Assembly (NCBI GenBank): GCA_019358935.1
Contig: JAHHIK010000027.1
Span: 1-64,000, forward strand
Length of the DNA: 64,000 bases
Direction of reading: 5' to 3'
Origin: Tolypothrix carrinoi HA7290-LM1
GTDB taxonomy: Bacteria; Cyanobacteriota; Cyanobacteriia; Cyanobacteriales; Nostocaceae
Both the position numbers and the translations under genes were made by a program. Below the pieces are notes generated by a model. The model searched no databases. It saw nothing but the letters and a program-made list of their open reading frames with translations, and was not told where the DNA came from. Shown piece after piece: positions 41,598-51,644 of the stretch (position 1 is its first letter; the number at the start of each line of letters is the position of its first letter).

Positions 41598-42437
41598 CTA
41601 TTTGTCAAGCGAATAAGTCGAAATTCCATCTTCTACGCTTGAGTCAATGACACCAGATAACTTTGTACCGCAAGCTTTACAAAATTGAGCATCTGCATCG
41701 TGGAAACCTAAACCACAACCCGGACAAATGGTTTCTATCTGATTAACAGTTTTTACCAACCGCTTAATTAAATCACCCACTTGCCAAGGAATCAAGGCAA
41801 TACCTGTTAAAATCATCGATACTGTCAGCAAGCGACCTAATTCAGAAATTGGGGTAACGTCCCCAAATCCGACAGTTGTCATGGTGACAATCGAAAAGTA
41901 AAACGCATCCAAAAAAGTTCTGAAAACTTTTGGGTTAACTGGATGCTCAACTTGATAAATTAAACCGGAGTAAATAAATATTATTGTAAATAACGTAAAT
42001 AATATCCGCCCCAATATTACACCATCTTCGGTGTTGATATTACCAAAAAAAGATTTCTTATCTATAAATCTGATTAACCGTAAAATTCTAAACCATCGCA
42101 GCAACCGAATAAAGCTGATATCAGCCGTTCCCAGAAAAAATGGCAAAATCGCCATTAAATCAATTATCGAGTAAAAGCTAAAAATATACTTAATTTTGTT
42201 GTCTGTACTCCACAACCGGAGTAAGTATTCTACGGCGAAAATTATCAATATTACGGTATCTACTATATTTAATTGAAATCTAACTGCATTGGGAATAGTA
42301 TAAGTTTCCGCTACAAATATTACTGAAGACAGTAGAACTAATCCAGCAATTGTGAGATTAATTGCTTTACCTACAGGTGTTTCTAAGTCTGTTAGGTAGA
42401 ATGCTGTTTTTTTTCGTAGAAGTAACATTTTTGACAA
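41598..42437 (-). CDS. Voltage-gated K+ channel-like ion transporter
   Basis: S4 RLLRWFRILRLIR, filter TMTTVGFGD, C-terminal Cys ribbon. Confidence 0.9.
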   Translation of the reverse strand: MSKMLLLRKKTAFYLTDLETPVGKAINLTIAGLVLLSSVIFVAETYTIPNAVRFQLNIVDTVILIIFAVEYLLRLWSTDNKIKYIFSFYSIIDLMAILPFFLGTADISFIRLLRWFRILRLIRFIDKKSFFGNINTEDGVILGRILFTLFTIIFIYSGLIYQVEHPVNPKVFRTFLDAFYFSIVTMTTVGFGDVTPISELGRLLTVSMILTGIALIPWQVGDLIKRLVKTVNQIETICPGCGLGFHDADAQFCKACGTKLSGVIDSSVEDGISTYSLDK

Positions 42438-42533
42438 ATTGCTTGTAAATAACTTTACGAATGATTAGAATAAACGCAATAGCCAACTCTACGTTAACTT
42501 ACAAATATAAAGCTGTCCCATTTTTAATTATTT

Positions 42534-42955
42534 ATGAAACCTGAAGATTTTATGCGCCTAGCGCTAGAACAGGCAAAAAAAGGAGATGCACGGTGCGGTG
42601 ATTGTTAAAGATAATCAAGTGGTTGCAATACTCTTATGATACAGTGAGGCAAGATAGCGATCCATCTGCTCATGCTGAAGTTAATGTAATTCGTCGTTTA
42701 ATAGCTAAGTTGAAAAATCCTTCTTTAGAAGGTTATATTATCTATACTACTGGCGAACCTTGCCCGATATGTGCTACTGCTTGTGTTTGTCCGGGTTTAT
42801 CAGAAATTGCTTATGGTGCTTCGATTGAAGATTTAATTTCGGTAAATCAGCCGCAGATTAATATATCTTGTGATGAGGTTATCGCTAAGTCATTTAGAAA
42901 GATAAAGGTGACAAAAGGGGTTTTGAAATAAGAATGTCTTAATTTATTTAAATGA
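42534..42955 (+). pseudogene. Nucleoside/guanine deaminase pseudogene
   Basis: MKPEDFMRLALEQAKKGDA / GAVIVKDNQVVA / SYDTV..DPSAHAE..EPCPIC lie in shifting frames; TAA at 42929 precedes ECLNLFK*. Confidence 0.8.
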
Positions 42956-43192
42956 TAATTCACGCACTAGTAAATATTAAGTAGGGTCCGGCTTAAAGCG
43001 GTGTGGATATTCCTCCCGCTTTATTGCCGTTGTGTTACGGCTATGTAATGATTTGAGAGTTTGAGAGAGTGAGGATTAGCCGTAACGCACCATATTTATC
43101 GGTGCGTTAAGCGTTGCTATAACGCACCCTACAATTTCAGCTTTACTTTATAAATTATCTCTAAGTTTGTTTAAATGATAATTCACGCACTC

Positions 43193-43846
43193 CTAATTTA
43201 AATAAGCTGAAAATGTGTTAGCAAAAATCGCTGCTTGCGTGCGATCGCGTAAATTTAATCTATTCAAAATATTTGTAACGTGATTCTTCACCGTTCCCTC
43301 AGAAATGTATAATTTCTGAGCAATTTCTCTATTATTTGCACCTGTTGCGATTAACTGCAAAACGTCTTTTTCTCTAGGGGTAAGTTCAGCTAAACTAGGT
43401 GGTGGTGGGGGTAACACAGATGCTGTTACTGTGGGGAACTGAGTCAAAAGTTTTTTTACTATTCCCGGTCCTAGTTGAGTATATCCTTTGTGGACGGCGC
43501 GAATCGCCACAGCTAATTCTTCTGAAGGTGTATCTTTAAGTAAATAACCCATTGCTCCATTCTGCAATGCCGCTGTCACATATTCATCATCATCAAAAGT
43601 TGTCAACACTAAAACTTTGACTTTGGCAAAACGCTTGTGAATTTCTCGCGTAGCTGCAACTCCATCCATAATCGGCATTCTCACATCCATTAATACCACA
43701 TCTGGTTGCAATTGAGCAATAAAATTAATTGCTTGTTCACCGTTTTCAGCTTCGCCAATAATTTCTAAATCTGCTTCTAATTCCAATAATGCTTTTAATC
43801 CTTGGCGAATTAAACTTTGGTCATCTACAAGCAACACTTTAATCAT
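43193..43846 (-). CDS. NarL/LuxR-family response regulator
   Basis: LVDD, LMDVRMP, LTPRE...TVKNHV HTH. Confidence 0.93.
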   Translation of the reverse strand: MIKVLLVDDQSLIRQGLKALLELEADLEIIGEAENGEQAINFIAQLQPDVVLMDVRMPIMDGVAATREIHKRFAKVKVLVLTTFDDDEYVTAALQNGAMGYLLKDTPSEELAVAIRAVHKGYTQLGPGIVKKLLTQFPTVTASVLPPPPPSLAELTPREKDVLQLIATGANNREIAQKLYISEGTVKNHVTNILNRLNLRDRTQAAIFANTFSAYLN

Positions 43847-43988
43847 ATCAATTTTAATTTTTTGGATGTTAGTGAGTTCCAGACCTTCTTCAGATCCCCG
43901 ACTTCGCAAGAGTTGTCGGGGATCTAACTTTAGTTGGGCGGTTCGTTAATAAAAAGACTTGTTTTCTACAACACAAATACAATTAATA

Positions 43989-45191
43989 TTATAAACGTAA
44001 AAAAGGAACATCAACTGTTATTTTACAACCCAAACCGGGAGCGCTATTAATCTGAAATTCACCTCCCACTGCTAAAGTGCGATCGCGCATACTTTGCAAT
44101 CCAAAACCAGTTGTATTTTGCTCTACATCAAATCCTCTACCATTATCCTCAATTATTAAATTTATATTTGTTGTTGTCGTAGTTAATTGTATTTTAACTT
44201 CTGTAGCATTTGCATATTTAGAGATATTTGTCAATGATTCTTGAATAATCCTGTAAACAGCGGTGCTAACTTCGGGTGGTAGGGGATAAGCGATAACTAT
44301 TTGACAAATTGGTGCCACACTTGTTGAACGGTAAAATATAGCTGCAAGTACAGCGATCGCTTGTTCTAAAGATTCAGAATGCAAAGGGTGAGAGCGCATT
44401 GTCGAAACTGATTGTCGCACATCTTGCAATGCTTTTGAACCTAATTCTTTTGCTCTCGCCAAAAAAACTTGAGCTTTGCTCGGATTAGATTGCGATAACT
44501 TTAAAGCCGTTTCTAATTGTAGATTTAAAGCAGTGAGAGAATGTCCTAAAGAATCATGAATTTCTCGTGCAATGCGGTTACGTTCTTCGAGAGTAGCTTG
44601 ATTTTCAATTTTCAAAGCATATTGTCGCAGCTTTTCGTTAGCGATCGCTAGTTTTTCTCGACTTTGCCGTTCAGATAATACTGCATTCATTAATAACAAT
44701 ACAAAGACTAAAGCTAATCCAAACGAAAGCATAAAACTGAATGTCAAAAACCAAAATCGCTCTTGTGCCCTTGGTGGTAATGGAAATCGAGAAAACCGTT
44801 GGAAGACTGTTATTAAAATTAAGATAAATGATAAACTGGCAACTACTAAACGACCAGGAAACTGAAAGATTAAGCAACTGCGAGTTACTATAATCATATT
44901 AAGAAAGGGAAACAGTCGAGCAGTTCCACCCCCCAAAAAAGCAGTTATTAAAATTAAGATTATTTCCAGAGCCGTATACAGTAATTTATTTCTTTGATTA
45001 TTAGTGGGCAATCTTAAACCCATTAAACCAAAAATCGCCAGACAAGAAATTGTCAGTTCCGGAAAATTGGTCTGAAATTTTTCAGACCGAAATGGTAAAA
45101 CTGCGCTGATAGCAGAAAACGCTAGTAATATCCACTCTAAATAAAGCAGAAATCGAAAAGGATGATTTTTAAATTCAATTGGGCGGCTCAT
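43989..45191 (-). CDS. Membrane sensor histidine kinase (HisKA_3)
   Basis: ERNRIAREIHDSLGH, QESLTN, DNGRGF, GFGL. Confidence 0.93.
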   Translation of the reverse strand: MSRPIEFKNHPFRFLLYLEWILLAFSAISAVLPFRSEKFQTNFPELTISCLAIFGLMGLRLPTNNQRNKLLYTALEIILILITAFLGGGTARLFPFLNMIIVTRSCLIFQFPGRLVVASLSFILILITVFQRFSRFPLPPRAQERFWFLTFSFMLSFGLALVFVLLLMNAVLSERQSREKLAIANEKLRQYALKIENQATLEERNRIAREIHDSLGHSLTALNLQLETALKLSQSNPSKAQVFLARAKELGSKALQDVRQSVSTMRSHPLHSESLEQAIAVLAAIFYRSTSVAPICQIVIAYPLPPEVSTAVYRIIQESLTNISKYANATEVKIQLTTTTTNINLIIEDNGRGFDVEQNTTGFGLQSMRDRTLAVGGEFQINSAPGLGCKITVDVPFLRL

Positions 45192-45373
45192 TATTTGCCA
45201 TGCTCCAGTTATTAGTAAAGAGTCACTCATTCAAGAGTCCCTCATTCAAGCGCCAAGAGTCAACAGTCAAAAAAATTGCTTTTAACTCCGCTCCTCCTAA
45301 CTCTTAACTCTTAACTCTTAACTCTTAACTCCTAACTTACACAAATTACTAGTCACATTTATCAAATTTTAAT

Positions 45374-45389
45374 CATGACTTAAGTCATG
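45374..45389. promoter_or_regulatory. Perfect palindrome CATGACTTAAGTCATG, candidate response-regulator operator
   Basis: Between the kinase and the first spy-like gene; variant ATAACTTTAGTCAT at 46048-46061 before the second. Confidence 0.55.
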
Positions 45390-45477
45390 GGTTTATTCGT
45401 GACTTTTTCCGCATGTCATTCTAACAGATACACTTATATGATGGTGACAGCAAGCTAGCAAAGCCAACAACTAATCA

Positions 45478-45957
45478 ATGAAACTTAAAAGTTTATCCTT
45501 GATAGCCGCAGCGATCGCCCTCAGTTTAAGTGCAACTCCTTTCGTCGTCAACGCGCAAAAAATATCGCAAACACCTACACAAGTTAAACCAGCTCGCAAC
45601 GGTCCATTTGAACGCTTGGGACTAAGCGAAGAACAAAAAACTAAAATTAAAGAGATTCGTCGCAATAGCCGCGCTCAAATGGAAGCGATTCTTACCCCAG
45701 AACAAAAACAACAGCTACAAGCTGCAAAACAAGCACGTCAGGGTCAGCCTCCCGAACAAAGAAATCAAGGTCAGCGTCCAAAAAGGGGTTTTGCTTCTTT
45801 AAATCTAACTGAAGAACAGAAAACCAAGATGCGCGAAATTAGGGAATCAGAGAAAAATCAGATCCAAGCAATCTTAACTCCCGAACAGCAGCAACAACTC
45901 AAGCAATTTCAAGATAATATGCGATCGCGTCGTCAGCGACCCAATTCAAGCAACTAA
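45478..45957 (+). CDS. Spy/CpxP-family periplasmic chaperone
   Basis: Signal peptide, repeated L(S/T)EEQK and LTPEQ motifs. Confidence 0.85.
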   Translation: MKLKSLSLIAAAIALSLSATPFVVNAQKISQTPTQVKPARNGPFERLGLSEEQKTKIKEIRRNSRAQMEAILTPEQKQQLQAAKQARQGQPPEQRNQGQRPKRGFASLNLTEEQKTKMREIRESEKNQIQAILTPEQQQQLKQFQDNMRSRRQRPNSSN

Positions 45958-46153
45958 TTAACCTTAAGCGCTGATATTAGCTTGATTGTGGCGGAAATTC
46001 TCTTTGCCACAGACAAGCTTGGTAATAACAAGCGTCCAGAGAAAAATATAACTTTAGTCATAAATACTTGGATTCTTCATTCTCCCGGACGTGGTGATTA
46101 ATTGGGGATTCTATAATAGTGAAGACAAACTGGAGAAATCCACGAGGCAATAA

Positions 46154-46603
46154 ATGAAGTTCAAAAACTTATCACTGATAGCTGGAGCAATCGCCCTAAG
46201 TTTAACGGCAATTCCTTTCTCGGTCAAGGCAGAAACCACTTCTGCTGCACCAGTAAGACTGGCACAGACACAACCAACAAAACCTGCTCAAGGTGGTATC
46301 CAACTCACACCGCAACAACAAACCCAAATCGAGCAAATTCGCGGTAACGTTCGCAAGCAAATTGAGCAAGTGCTAACAAAAGACCAACGCACACAAATCC
46401 AAACCGCTATGCAGTCAGGTAAGTCTGGGCGCGAAGCTTTTCAAGGGCTAACATTTACCCCAAAACAGCAGACTCAATTGCAGCAAATTATGGTATCATC
46501 GCAACAACAAATGGAAGCAGTTCTGACCTCTGACCAAAAGGCAGAATTAGCGCGTTTGCGCCAGCAAAATTCCATTCCTGGGACTTCAGCGCCTAAAAAA
46601 TAA
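46154..46603 (+). CDS. Spy/CpxP-like protein
   Basis: Signal peptide similar to upstream paralog; LTPQQ, LTKDQ, LTSDQ. Confidence 0.75.
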   Translation: MKFKNLSLIAGAIALSLTAIPFSVKAETTSAAPVRLAQTQPTKPAQGGIQLTPQQQTQIEQIRGNVRKQIEQVLTKDQRTQIQTAMQSGKSGREAFQGLTFTPKQQTQLQQIMVSSQQQMEAVLTSDQKAELARLRQQNSIPGTSAPKK

Positions 46604-46693
46604 TTAATTAATAATTCCCTAATAGCTTCAGGGTACACTACCTAACGCATAGCGATCGCTTGTACACGTTAATCAGGCGATCGCATCTTTTTT

Positions 46694-46735
46694 TGTATCT
46701 AGTGTCACAAATTCAATTATTTTGATTGTTAAACT
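46694..46735 (+). promoter_or_regulatory. Possible NtcA/CRP-family site with -10 box upstream of nifJ
   Basis: TGTA-N8-CACA (one mismatch to GTA-N8-TAC), then TAAACT 21 nt downstream. Confidence 0.35.
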
Positions 46736-46841
46736 TCTCACACATTTCTTTAAGTACTTTCAAATAATATTTTTATATACTTCTTGTTTGGTTATTTGAA
46801 TTGAAACACTAAATATAGCGGTTTGCAGTTGATTTAAATAC

Positions 46842-47106
46842 AGACCTAACCACGCCACTTGCTTCAACGCGGGGAACCCGCGCAACGCAGTGGCTCCCCA
46901 GTCCCTTCCCTACGAGAGAAGGAAAGACCTAACCACGCCACTTGCTTCAACGCGGGGAACCCGCGCAACGCAGTGGCTCCCCAGCCCCTTCCCTATGAGG
47001 GAAGGGGAGAAAATTAAAGCCTCTCCAGTAATAAAAGCTGCTCCTCTTCCCTCCCCTTGTAGGGGAGGGTTAGGGAGAGGTAGGAGAGAGGTTTGGAGAG
47101 AGGTCA
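46842..47106. repeat. Mosaic of REP-like hairpins with two copies of an inserted structured element
   Basis: GACCTAACC-ACGCCACTTGCTTCAACGCGGGGAACCCGCGCAACGCAGTGGCT-CCCCAG twice. Confidence 0.8.
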
Positions 47107-47170
47107 GATCGTCAAATTTAACAATCAGCAATATAAATATCCTCGCATCCGGGCAATCTAGCAGGAGAAA

Positions 47171-50100
47171 ATGATGAAGAAAAACTTTGCAACCATCGAC
47201 GGCAATGAAGCTGTTGCCCGTGTTGCTTATCGATTAAATGAAGTAATTGCCATTTATCCTATCACCCCCTCTTCAGCAATGGGTGAATGGGCGGATGCAT
47301 GGTCTTCTGAAAGCCGCCTCAATTTGTGGGGTACTGTGCCGAGTGTGATAGTAATGCAAAGCGAAGGTGGAGCCGCTGCTGCGGTACATGGAGCATTACA
47401 AACAGGTTCCCTGACTACCACCTTCACGGCATCTCAGGGATTATTGTTAATGATTCCTAACCTTTACAAAATTGCTGGGGAACTAACTAGCGCTGTGATT
47501 CACGTCGCCGCACGTTCTTTGGCTACCCACGCTTTATCAATTTTCGGCGACCAAAGTGATGTAATGGCAGCGCGTGCTACTGGCTTTGCGATGCTGTGTT
47601 CTGCCTCAGTGCAGGAAAGTCAAGATTTTGCCCTGATTGCTCATGCTGCCACTTTAGAAGCGCGAGTGCCGTTTATGCACTTCTTCGACGGTTTCCGCAC
47701 CTCCCATGAAGTGCAAAAAGTCGAATTGCTAGAAGATGAGGATTTGCGATCGCTAATTAACGACGATCTTATATTCGCCCATCGCGCCCGCAGTCTCACC
47801 CCAGACCGTCCAGTATTGCGAGGAACGGCTCAAAACCCCGATGTCTACTTTCAATCCCGCGAAGCCGCTAACTTATACTACAACGCTTGTCCGGATATTG
47901 TTCAGCGATTGATGGATAAATTAGGCGTAAGCACCGGACGACATTACCAAATCTATGAATATCACGGTGCGCCCGATGCCGAACGTGTCATTATACTTAT
48001 GGGTTCCGGCTGCGAGACAGTCCACGAAACTGTTGATTACCTCAACGCCCGTGGTGAAAAAGTAGGTGTTCTCAAAGTCAGATTATATCGCCCCTTTGAT
48101 GCAACACGATTTGTTAATGCGCTGCCAAAAACAACGAAAGCGATCGCTGTCCTCGACCGCACCAAAGAACCAGGTAGTGCCGGTGAACCGTTGTATTTGG
48201 ATGTAGTCGCCGCGATCCATGAACAATGGAAGGACAAGGAGACAAGGAGACAAGGAGACAAGGAGGACAAGGAGGACAAGGAGGACAAGGGGGACGACTT
48301 GGAGACAATTTTTTCTCCCCATCCCCCCCTCCCCCCCTCCCCCCCTCTCCTTGTCTCCCCCTCCCCACTCCCCAAAATCATCGGTGGTCGTTACGGTCTT
48401 TCATCGAAAGAATTTACAAGTGCGATGGTTAAAGGTATTTTCGACAACCTCGCCCAGCCACAACCGAAAAACCACTTTACTATCGGTATCAACGACGACG
48501 TAAGCCACACTTCCCTGAACTTTGACTTTAACTTCTCCACCGAACCAGATAACGTCGTCCGGGCAATGTTCTACGGATTAGGTTCTGATGGCACAGTTGG
48601 TGCTAATAAAAACTCAATCAAGATTATTGGTGAACAAACAGACAACAACGCTCAAGGCTACTTTGTCTACGATTCCAAAAAATCTGGCTCAATGACCGTT
48701 TCCCATCTGCGCTTTGGTCAACAACCGATTCGCTCAACTTACCTAATTGACAAAGCCAACTTTATCGGTTGCCATCACTGGGAATTTTTAGAGCGCGTAG
48801 ATGTACTGAAAGCGGCTGTGTTTGGGGGAACTTTTTTACTCAACAGTCCTTATAATGCTGATATTGTCTGGGAACATCTCCCGCTAAAAGTACAGCAACA
48901 AATTATCGCCAAGCAACTTAAATTCTACGTCATCAATGCTACTGAAGTTGCCCGCGAAAGCGGCATGGGCGGCAGAATTAATACTATTATGCAAGTATGC
49001 TTCTTTGCTTTAGCGGGTGTCTTGCCAGAAGAAGAAGCCATAATCAAAATCAAGCAAGCAATTGAAAAAACCTACGGCAAAAAAGGCGCCGAAGTCGTCC
49101 AGAAGAATCTGCAAGCTGTAGACCAGACGCTGGAGAATTTGCATAAAGTCGATGTGATAGGGGAGACAAGGGCGACGGGCGTGGGGACAGGGGGACAAGG
49201 GGGACAAGGGGGACAAGGAGGACTCCTTGGAGACAAGGAGACTATTCTTTCTCCCCATCCCCCCATCCCCCCCTCTCCCCATCTCCCCCTCCTCCCCGAC
49301 GCTCCCGAATTTGTGCAGTCAGTTTTGGGTAAAATCATGGCGTGGGAAGGTGATGACTTACCCGTGAGTGCGCTACCTGTTGATGGGACTTTTCCTACCG
49401 GCACTGCTAAATGGGAAAAACGCAATATCGCTACGGAGATTCCTGTATGGGATGCGGATGTCTGCGTGCAGTGTGGCAAATGCATTATGGTTTGTCCTCA
49501 TGGAGTCATTCGAGGCAAGGTTTATGAACCAGGTGAATTAGTTAATGCGCCGGCAACTTTCAAGTCAACTGAAGCGAAAGATAAAGACTTTGCTAATCAG
49601 CAATTTACCATTCAGGTTGCCCCAGAAGACTGTACAGGCTGCGCTATTTGTGTAGAGATTTGTCCGGCTAAAAATAAGTTAGAGCCGACGCGCAAAGCGA
49701 TTAATATGGAAGCGCAGTTGCCTATACGCGAACAAGAGCGGGAAAACTGGAATTTCTTTCTCAGTTTACCAAATCCTGACCGACGCGAATTAAAACTAAA
49801 CCAGATTCGTCAACAACAACTGCAAGAACCTTTATTTGAATTTTCTGGTGCTTGTGCTGGTTGTGGGGAGACGCCTTATTTAAAATTATTAACACAACTG
49901 TTTGGCGATCGCTCTGTTATTGCCAACGCTACAGGTTGTTCTTCAATTTACGGGGGAAACCTTCCCACCACCCCTTGGACAACAAACGCTGAAGGAAGAG
50001 GTCCTGCTTGGTCGAATAGTCTTTTTGAAGATAACGCTGAATTCGGTCTTGGTTTTCGTCTTTCTCTAGACAAGCAAGCCGAATTTGCCGCCGAACTACT

Positions 50101-51004
50101 GCAACAATTAAGCGGTGAAATAGGCGATAATCTTGTTCAGTCCATCCTCAAGCAGAAGCAAAAATCTGAAGCTGATATTTGGGAACAACGCGAACAAGTA
50201 GCGCTGTTGAAACAACGGTTAGACGAAATTCCGGAAAATGACAATCCAAAATCACGCCACATGCTTCAAGCCGGGGAACCCGTCCAACGCAGTGGCTCCC
50301 AAATCCAAAATCTCAAATCGATTGCTGACTACTTGGTGAGAAAAAGCGTCTGGATTGTCGGCGGTGATGGTTGGGCGTATGATATTGATTTTGGCGGATT
50401 GGATCATGTCCTTGCCAGCGGTCGCAATGTCAACATTTTGGTAATGGATACCGAAGTGTATTCTAACACTGGCGGTCAATCATCTAAAGCTACACCGCGA
50501 GGTGCGATCGCTAAATATGCCGCCAGCGGTAAGCCAGCACCAAAGAAAGACTTGGGGCTAATCGCCATGACTTACGGTAATGTCTACGTAGCGAGTGTAG
50601 CGCTTGGTGCGAGAGATGAACACACCCTAAAAGCATTTATAGAAGCAGAAGCTTATGAAGGACCATCACTGATTATCGCTTACAGTCATTGCATCGCCCA
50701 CGGCATCAACATGACCACAGCTATGAATCATCAAAAAGCTTTGGTAGAATCAGGACGTTGGTTGCTGTATCGTTACAATCCCGAATTGCAGCAAGCGGGT
50801 AAGAATCCATTACAATTGGATATGCGTCAGCCTAAGCAGTCGATAGAACAGTCGATGTATCAAGAAAATCGCTTCAAGATGCTGACTAAGAGTAAACCCG
50901 AAGTTGCCAAACGTCTTTTAGAAGAAGCGCAAGCGGAAGTGGATGCCCGTTGGAAAATGTACGATTATCTCGCAGCGCGTAATGTAGGAGAGGATAAGGA
51001 ATAG
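47171..51004 (+). CDS. nifJ: Pyruvate:flavodoxin/ferredoxin oxidoreductase
   Basis: YPITPS, QSEGGAA, two 4Fe-4S motifs, GACAGCGE, GGDGWAYDI. Confidence 0.97.
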   Translation: MMKKNFATIDGNEAVARVAYRLNEVIAIYPITPSSAMGEWADAWSSESRLNLWGTVPSVIVMQSEGGAAAAVHGALQTGSLTTTFTASQGLLLMIPNLYKIAGELTSAVIHVAARSLATHALSIFGDQSDVMAARATGFAMLCSASVQESQDFALIAHAATLEARVPFMHFFDGFRTSHEVQKVELLEDEDLRSLINDDLIFAHRARSLTPDRPVLRGTAQNPDVYFQSREAANLYYNACPDIVQRLMDKLGVSTGRHYQIYEYHGAPDAERVIILMGSGCETVHETVDYLNARGEKVGVLKVRLYRPFDATRFVNALPKTTKAIAVLDRTKEPGSAGEPLYLDVVAAIHEQWKDKETRRQGDKEDKEDKEDKGDDLETIFSPHPPLPPSPPLLVSPSPLPKIIGGRYGLSSKEFTSAMVKGIFDNLAQPQPKNHFTIGINDDVSHTSLNFDFNFSTEPDNVVRAMFYGLGSDGTVGANKNSIKIIGEQTDNNAQGYFVYDSKKSGSMTVSHLRFGQQPIRSTYLIDKANFIGCHHWEFLERVDVLKAAVFGGTFLLNSPYNADIVWEHLPLKVQQQIIAKQLKFYVINATEVARESGMGGRINTIMQVCFFALAGVLPEEEAIIKIKQAIEKTYGKKGAEVVQKNLQAVDQTLENLHKVDVIGETRATGVGTGGQGGQGGQGGLLGDKETILSPHPPIPPSPHLPLLPDAPEFVQSVLGKIMAWEGDDLPVSALPVDGTFPTGTAKWEKRNIATEIPVWDADVCVQCGKCIMVCPHGVIRGKVYEPGELVNAPATFKSTEAKDKDFANQQFTIQVAPEDCTGCAICVEICPAKNKLEPTRKAINMEAQLPIREQERENWNFFLSLPNPDRRELKLNQIRQQQLQEPLFEFSGACAGCGETPYLKLLTQLFGDRSVIANATGCSSIYGGNLPTTPWTTNAEGRGPAWSNSLFEDNAEFGLGFRLSLDKQAEFAAELLQQLSGEIGDNLVQSILKQKQKSEADIWEQREQVALLKQRLDEIPENDNPKSRHMLQAGEPVQRSGSQIQNLKSIADYLVRKSVWIVGGDGWAYDIDFGGLDHVLASGRNVNILVMDTEVYSNTGGQSSKATPRGAIAKYAASGKPAPKKDLGLIAMTYGNVYVASVALGARDEHTLKAFIEAEAYEGPSLIIAYSHCIAHGINMTTAMNHQKALVESGRWLLYRYNPELQQAGKNPLQLDMRQPKQSIEQSMYQENRFKMLTKSKPEVAKRLLEEAQAEVDARWKMYDYLAARNVGEDKE

Positions 51005-51010
51005 GCTAAT

Positions 51011-51584
51011 GAGTCTTTTATACTCATTAATGAGTCTTTGAACCTCATTAATGAGTCTTTGAACCTCATTAAAGAGTCTTTGAACCTCATTAAAGAGTCT
51101 TTGAACCTCATTAAAGAGTCTTTGAACCTCATTAAAGAGTCTTTGAACCTCATTAAAGAGTCTTTGAACCTCATTAATGAGTCTTTGAACCTCATTAAAG
51201 AGTCTTTGAACCTCATTAAAGAGTCTTTGAACCTCATTAATGAGTCTTTGAACCTCATTAATGAGTCTTTGAACCTCATTAATGAGTCTTTGATACTCGT
51301 TAATCTATATCAGAACTCGGTCGATGAGTCTTTGATACTCGTTAATCTATATCAGAACTCGGTCGATGAGTCTTTGATACTCGTTAATCTATATCAGAAC
51401 TCGGTCGATGAGTCTTTGATACTCGTTAATCTATATCAGAACTCGGTCGATGAGTCTTTGATACTCGTTAATCTATATCAGAACTCGGTCGATGAGTCTT
51501 TGATACTCGTTAATCTATATCAGAACTCGGTCGATGAGTCTTTGATACTCGTTAATCTATATCAGAACTCGGTCGATGAGTCTT
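51011..51584. repeat. Tandem array: 13 x 21 bp followed by 7 x 42 bp
   Basis: GAGTCTTTGAACCTCATTAAW (51011-51283, first unit variant); GAGTCTTTGATACTCGTTAATCTATATCAGAACTCGGTCGAT (51284-51577). Confidence 0.97.
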
Positions 51585-51644
51585 AAGTCCTTGTCATGCG
51601 GACTTTGTTTATGTAGCCGCGACTTTAGTCGTCGGGCGGTGGTA

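Noticed and set aside
46890..47174. 94-aa ORF upstream of nifJ
   Set aside because: Made up of REP-like and dispersed repeat sequence
50965..51586. ORFs (MRFKDSL)n and (ESLNLIK)n as genes
   Set aside because: They are open only because the repeat units lack stops in those frames; no RBS or unique domain supports them
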